Source: an uncultured virus (IMG/VR IMGVR_UViG_3300023196_001660) (Duplodnaviria; Heunggongvirae; Uroviricota; Caudoviricetes; Crassvirales). Taken from it: a stretch of DNA of 20,000 nt. Under the pieces are notes generated by a model, which made no database searches, was not told the DNA's origin, and saw only the letters and a program-made list of their open reading frames with translations. A program made the translations under genes and the position numbers. The stretch is taken from IMG/VR virus record IMGVR_UViG_3300023196_001660; one strand, given 5' to 3'. Within the stretch, counting starts at the first letter, position 1; every line of letters starts with the position of its first letter. Below, one piece after another: positions 16,257 to 20,000 of this stretch.

Positions 16257-18744
16257 AAACTGTATTTGGGATTCTTGGTAAAGAAGCTGAACCACCACTT
16301 GTTCCAATTGTTACAAGCTGTGAAGCTCCTTTAACTTTAATAGCTGCATCAGAAGTATTTCTTAATCTAGCTAAAGAAAATATAGGAGCTACATAAACCA
16401 TAGATACAGATTCATCTCCTGCAGTTTCTCTAAACTTATGCATTATAGTAAATGCTACATCATCAGCAGTATTAACAGTAATGTTTGGAATTCCTCCTAT
16501 AGTAATAGCATCTCCTGTTGTTTGTCCTACAATTGTAGTACAAACTATATTATCGTCATCTGTTCTTGCAGTTATGTAACCAATTCCTGCTAATCCTCCT
16601 ACCGTATTATTTACTACAATATCTCCTACTTGTACAAGTGCAGCAGTAAAAGCTCCTACTTCATTTATAGTAGTAGTTGTAGCTCCAGTTGCAGATGCAA
16701 TTACTGATTGAGATAGAGTAACAACTCCAGTTGAAGGTACAAAAGAATCAAATCTTAAAACATATTCTTGTCCTGCAGCATTTGTATCTCTTAAAACAAG
16801 TCTACCACCATTGTCCTTATTAGGAACATCAGCAGCTATTGTTCCATCTACTGTAAGAGTAGTAGAAGCAAATGTTTCACCACCTGTTGCAGAGTATTCT
16901 GTTTTATCTACACTTCCACCTGAACCTGTAAGTCTAAACCAAGTAGCCCAGTCATATTGAAGTAAGTTAAGCATAGAAACAGTAATAGAAGCAGGTCTAG
17001 ATTTAATAGCACCTGTTGCATCTATTGTAGACCAAAGATTTTCTTCAGCTCCTTTATAATCTGTGATAACTACACCTCTTGATAAGAATAAAGTAGTTCC
17101 AGCAAGTACTCCAAAAGAGTTCTCAGCAACTGGCACAATAACTTCTACAGTAAGTCCTGTTCCATCAAATTCATGTGAAGCAGGAGTAAGAGAAATATCT
17201 TCTCCATCTACAAATGTTCCTCTTGTGTTTCTTAATAGAGCTGTATTAGATGAACCTGCAGGATTAGAAACTACAGTTCCTGTAGCTCCTGAAGTTTGTC
17301 CTGTCACTACTGAACCTTCTCCTACTGTACCTGTAATAGTAGCATAATTAATAGCATAATCAATACCAATCCATTGTTCTCCATCAATACCATCAATTTG
17401 AATAACACTTCCTCTCCTAGCTATGTATTTATTATACTCATTTAATTGAGCTAATGATGCTTGATTAACGTCAATTGAAATAGCATATTCCTCTACTGTA
17501 GAATCATCGTCTACATCTACTTGAGTATTAGCGTAGACATAAGTAGGAAAAGCATTTCCATCAAACCAAGTTGTAAGAGCAGGACCTTCAGCAGCTACTG
17601 CACCAGAACTAGTAGCAGCTCCTGTATCATCTGCATTAGTAATAGCTTCAGAACCATTAAAATCAATTAGTGGATCACCTATTAAATAATAATGATAAGT
17701 AGCAGTTGCTCCCGGATTGTCTATCTGAGTTATAACAGCTCTTGCATTAGATACGTCTCCTGTAATTTCATCTCCAACTGTAAACACTCCCGAACCACCT
17801 GCAACAGTAATTGAAGCATATCCTGTATTATTTGTAATATCATTACCTGAAGTAAGACCTGCAGATACATTACCACCAGAAGTAGTATTCATATTAATAA
17901 CAATAGGGAAATATTTTGTAGAATATTGATTAGCTTTAACTGTTAATACCCCACTATCAATAATAGGGAAGTTAGCAGTTTTCCAATCTGTGATAGGAAC
18001 AGCTCTATCTAAATGACCATCTACCCACCAATCATTATCAGTTTGGTTGTAAGCAACTACTTTAACACCATTTTGAAGCATATAAATATGTGTTTTAGGT
18101 ACTAAAGCACCCGAAGTAAACACATTACCCCAAATCATTTCTCCAGTATGAGCTACAGCAGTTTGTGTAGCTGTAAACCCTGAAGTTCCCATAGTTATTG
18201 TTCCAGAAGCTGTATCCCAATCATTTGCTAATGCATTACTATCAGGTCTAATCCATAGATACTCATTTGTACCATCATCATAAAAATCAAGTAGTGTTCC
18301 CGAATCTCCTGAAGCATGAGAAATAGTATCTCCAATATCCGAATCTATAATAGTTATATTAGTAATTGGTACAACTACTATACCCGTATTACCTGTACCA
18401 TCTCCGGGCAAATCTCTTTTCCAACCTTGTGTTCTAAGAGCACAACCAGTAAAACTACCATTATTTCCAATGATATGCTCCATAGTTCTTAAATCAATAA
18501 ACCAAGGTTCTATTTCTCCTGCATCTATTTTACCTATAACGAACTCTCCCGGAGTAGGAGCGTCGAATATTAATCCATCATTAGATTGGGCAGGGAGACT
18601 CATTAAGTTCTCTGTAGCGTCATACACATCAATTTGTATTTGCGTATCACTTTTAAGAGCACCACCTGTCCACTTTATTTGCTTTCTTCTATCTTCATCA
18701 AGATAGAACACTGTTAAATCACCACTTAAAATTGAACTTGACAT
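16246..18744 (-). CDS. 832-aa beta-rich virion fibre/appendage-like protein with internal repeats
   Basis: Rich in G/T/V/D/A. Repeated units GVFTVGDEITGDVSNARAVI, GTVGEGSVVTGQTSGATGTV and GTFVDGEDIS. Located in the structural operon. Confidence 0.72.
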   Translation of the reverse strand: MSSSILSGDLTVFYLDEDRRKQIKWTGGALKSDTQIQIDVYDATENLMSLPAQSNDGLIFDAPTPGEFVIGKIDAGEIEPWFIDLRTMEHIIGNNGSFTGCALRTQGWKRDLPGDGTGNTGIVVVPITNITIIDSDIGDTISHASGDSGTLLDFYDDGTNEYLWIRPDSNALANDWDTASGTITMGTSGFTATQTAVAHTGEMIWGNVFTSGALVPKTHIYMLQNGVKVVAYNQTDNDWWVDGHLDRAVPITDWKTANFPIIDSGVLTVKANQYSTKYFPIVINMNTTSGGNVSAGLTSGNDITNNTGYASITVAGGSGVFTVGDEITGDVSNARAVITQIDNPGATATYHYYLIGDPLIDFNGSEAITNADDTGAATSSGAVAAEGPALTTWFDGNAFPTYVYANTQVDVDDDSTVEEYAISIDVNQASLAQLNEYNKYIARRGSVIQIDGIDGEQWIGIDYAINYATITGTVGEGSVVTGQTSGATGTVVSNPAGSSNTALLRNTRGTFVDGEDISLTPASHEFDGTGLTVEVIVPVAENSFGVLAGTTLFLSRGVVITDYKGAEENLWSTIDATGAIKSRPASITVSMLNLLQYDWATWFRLTGSGGSVDKTEYSATGGETFASTTLTVDGTIAADVPNKDNGGRLVLRDTNAAGQEYVLRFDSFVPSTGVVTLSQSVIASATGATTTTINEVGAFTAALVQVGDIVVNNTVGGLAGIGYITARTDDDNIVCTTIVGQTTGDAITIGGIPNITVNTADDVAFTIMHKFRETAGDESVSMVYVAPIFSLARLRNTSDAAIKVKGASQLVTIGTSGGSASLPRIPNTVYGS

Positions 18745-18760
18745 AGTTGTAAACGTTTTA

Positions 18761-18781
18761 AATTATTAATTATTAATTATT
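18761..18781. repeat. Tandem heptamer (AATTATT)x3 in the largest intergenic gap
   Basis: Read directly within the 18745-18787 spacer upstream of the 832-aa gene. Confidence 0.75.
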
Positions 18782-18787
18782 GTTATA

Positions 18788-20000
18788 TTAAGACTTTTCT
18801 TTTAAAGACACTGTTAAGTTAAAACCATCAGATGAAATTTGTCCTGTACCAGATTGTGGCTTATATTTAGGAATATCTGCTGTTTCTGCTTTTCTAGTTC
18901 TCCACTTTATATCTATAGGAGTACTTCCTGTATAAGATACAGTAGCTATTCCCGATACATTAGTATCTATATTCATTATTTCTGTAAAAGGACTATCTAA
19001 CAAATACATAGATGTTTGTACATTCTGTAAAACTACTTTAGCTTCATCTTGTACTAATAAGGTAACTGTAACAGCACCTTGTATTACTGTAAAACCATTT
19101 TCTGTAATAGGATTAGAAGTTCCTGCTTTAGATACTGCTACTACATTTGCAGGAGATGTTGTATTATTAACATCAACGGTATTTCCTGAAAATAGTAAAT
19201 CTGTATATGTATAAGGAGTAGTTATACTATAAGCATCGGATGAACCAAAATCATTCCCTATACCACCTGATAAGCCATTAGTTGTTATTTGAATGTTACT
19301 ATCAATAGTAACTACTTTAGCAAAACTACCGTCTGTTTCATTATATACTATATCATCTACAGCTACATCTGTTAAAAAAGTACCTGCTGTATCATGTAGT
19401 ACCACTCCTGTTGCATCTGCTGTTGTAACAGTACCACTCTCTGTACCATTCCAATCTGCATGTTCTATAGCTTCTCCTACTGTATTAGCAATAAAAGAAC
19501 AACTTTGTATATCTATACTATTATTCCATAGTAACGCACCATCTACATTTGTAGTATTAATAAAGTTGCAATTTCTAATAACAGGAGCTCCTACAGGAAC
19601 TACTTGGTCACATCCCGAAAAACTACAAGAATATATATCATGGTTTACATCATCAACAAATGTAATTATACCTAAATCAATAAAAACACATCCATATAAA
19701 TTAAGAGTAGCAACATTTGCTCCTGCTACTGTAAAAGTAGGAGCTATATCTCCACCTTTCTTAATAACCAAACCACTATATCCAGAAGTTCCCGTAACAT
19801 TCCCACATACAAAAGAGTGTGTTCCTGTACCATTACCTTCAACAGTAATACCAAGATGATTGGCTGAAACTAAACTTTCAGCAGTTCCCCTAGTAGCATT
19901 AGTAAATGTTCTGTAATGACTAATAGAGGCTAACACTTGGTCATTATCTTTAAAATACATATCACTTGTACCAGCACTATCTCCAAAGGTAACAGAGCCA
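18788..20000 (-). CDS. Tail spike/fibre-like protein with right-handed beta-helix rungs and a C-terminal Ig/transthyretin-like domain (5' end beyond the window)
   Basis: The frame stays open upstream of ATG 19960 to the edge (GSVTFGDSAGTSD-MYFKD...), so the true start is probably outside. Rungs LYGCVF, IYSCSFSGC, IRNCNFIN, IQSCSFIAN and YTDLLFSGN. C-terminal VTVTLLVQD...TNVSGIATVSY...FNLTVSL. Confidence 0.72.
   Translation of the reverse strand, partial: GSVTFGDSAGTSDMYFKDNDQVLASISHYRTFTNATRGTAESLVSANHLGITVEGNGTGTHSFVCGNVTGTSGYSGLVIKKGGDIAPTFTVAGANVATLNLYGCVFIDLGIITFVDDVNHDIYSCSFSGCDQVVPVGAPVIRNCNFINTTNVDGALLWNNSIDIQSCSFIANTVGEAIEHADWNGTESGTVTTADATGVVLHDTAGTFLTDVAVDDIVYNETDGSFAKVVTIDSNIQITTNGLSGGIGNDFGSSDAYSITTPYTYTDLLFSGNTVDVNNTTSPANVVAVSKAGTSNPITENGFTVIQGAVTVTLLVQDEAKVVLQNVQTSMYLLDSPFTEIMNIDTNVSGIATVSYTGSTPIDIKWRTRKAETADIPKYKPQSGTGQISSDGFNLTVSLKEKS

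Larger units (their letters stand above)
1..20000 (-). mobile_element. Phage genome segment, probably Crassvirales (crAss-like): tail/fibre, muzzle, cargo and virion RNA polymerase module
   Basis: All real genes are co-oriented with gaps of 1-43 nt or short overlaps, and no cellular housekeeping genes are present. The order muzzle -> cargo -> large ejection protein -> giant RNAP-type protein matches crAss-like phages such as crAss001 and phi14:2. The sequence is AT-rich with no Shine-Dalgarno motifs. Confidence 0.88.

Noticed and set aside
16257..16307. Longer 133-aa start for the small helical gene
   Set aside because: It would overlap the upstream gene by 62 nt. The ATG at 16256 gives a compact 11-nt overlap consistent with the coupling seen elsewhere.
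10064..19859. Plus-strand ORFs 10064-10318, 10958-11149, 11500-11709, 13653-13850, 15117-15317, 17063-17347, 18470-18706 and 19293-19859, and nested minus-strand ORF 13715-13915
   Set aside because: All lie wholly inside long, well-formed genes. They are explained by codon bias and show no recognisable motifs.
1..20000. Stop-codon reassignment (TAG->Gln or TGA->Trp), known in some Crassvirales
   Set aside because: Genes up to >7 kb are open in the standard code. The single TAG stop (16246-16248) overlaps the next start, and read-through would hit another TAG and then a TAA at 16192-16194 within 18 codons.
16246..20000. Visibly higher G+C in the fibre cassette as proof of horizontal acquisition
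   Set aside because: Explained at least partly by Gly/Ala/Thr/Val-rich proteins, and third codon positions remain A/T-rich. A GC3 calculation would be needed.
15403..20000. Diversity-generating retroelement target or template repeats in fibre genes
   Set aside because: I saw no ~100-bp near-identical repeat pair differing at adenines, and no reverse transcriptase is in the window.
1..20000. tRNA, CRISPR array or intrinsic terminator
   Set aside because: Intergenic gaps are at most 43 nt, with no GC-rich hairpin plus U-tract, cloverleaf or regularly spaced repeats.

Overview
AT-rich, almost fully coding segment of a tailed phage genome, most likely a Crassvirales (crAss-like) virus of a Bacteroidota host. 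Eight tightly packed genes all lie on the minus strand and read in the standard genetic code. In transcription order (right to left): a 5'-truncated beta-helix/Ig-like spike or fibre gene, an 832-aa beta-rich fibre-like gene, two small genes, a 1316-aa tail muzzle/stabilisation protein, a 482-aa cargo/pilot protein, a 949-aa ejection protein ending in an M15-type Zn-peptidase domain, and a giant ORF of more than 2374 codons (7124 to <1). The ORF track misses the giant ORF because it runs off the window. It appears to join a membrane-helix-rich ejection module to the N-terminal part of a crAss-type virion RNA polymerase; the catalytic DxDxD motif is not in the window. The most interesting signal is a candidate three-gene ejectosome: pore/pilot, tunnel with cell-wall peptidase, and membrane-anchored RNAP polyprotein. 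The putative fusion junction carries a 113-codon unit bounded by a perfect in-frame 13-bp direct repeat. All family assignments come from motif recognition and synteny by eye, not database searches.
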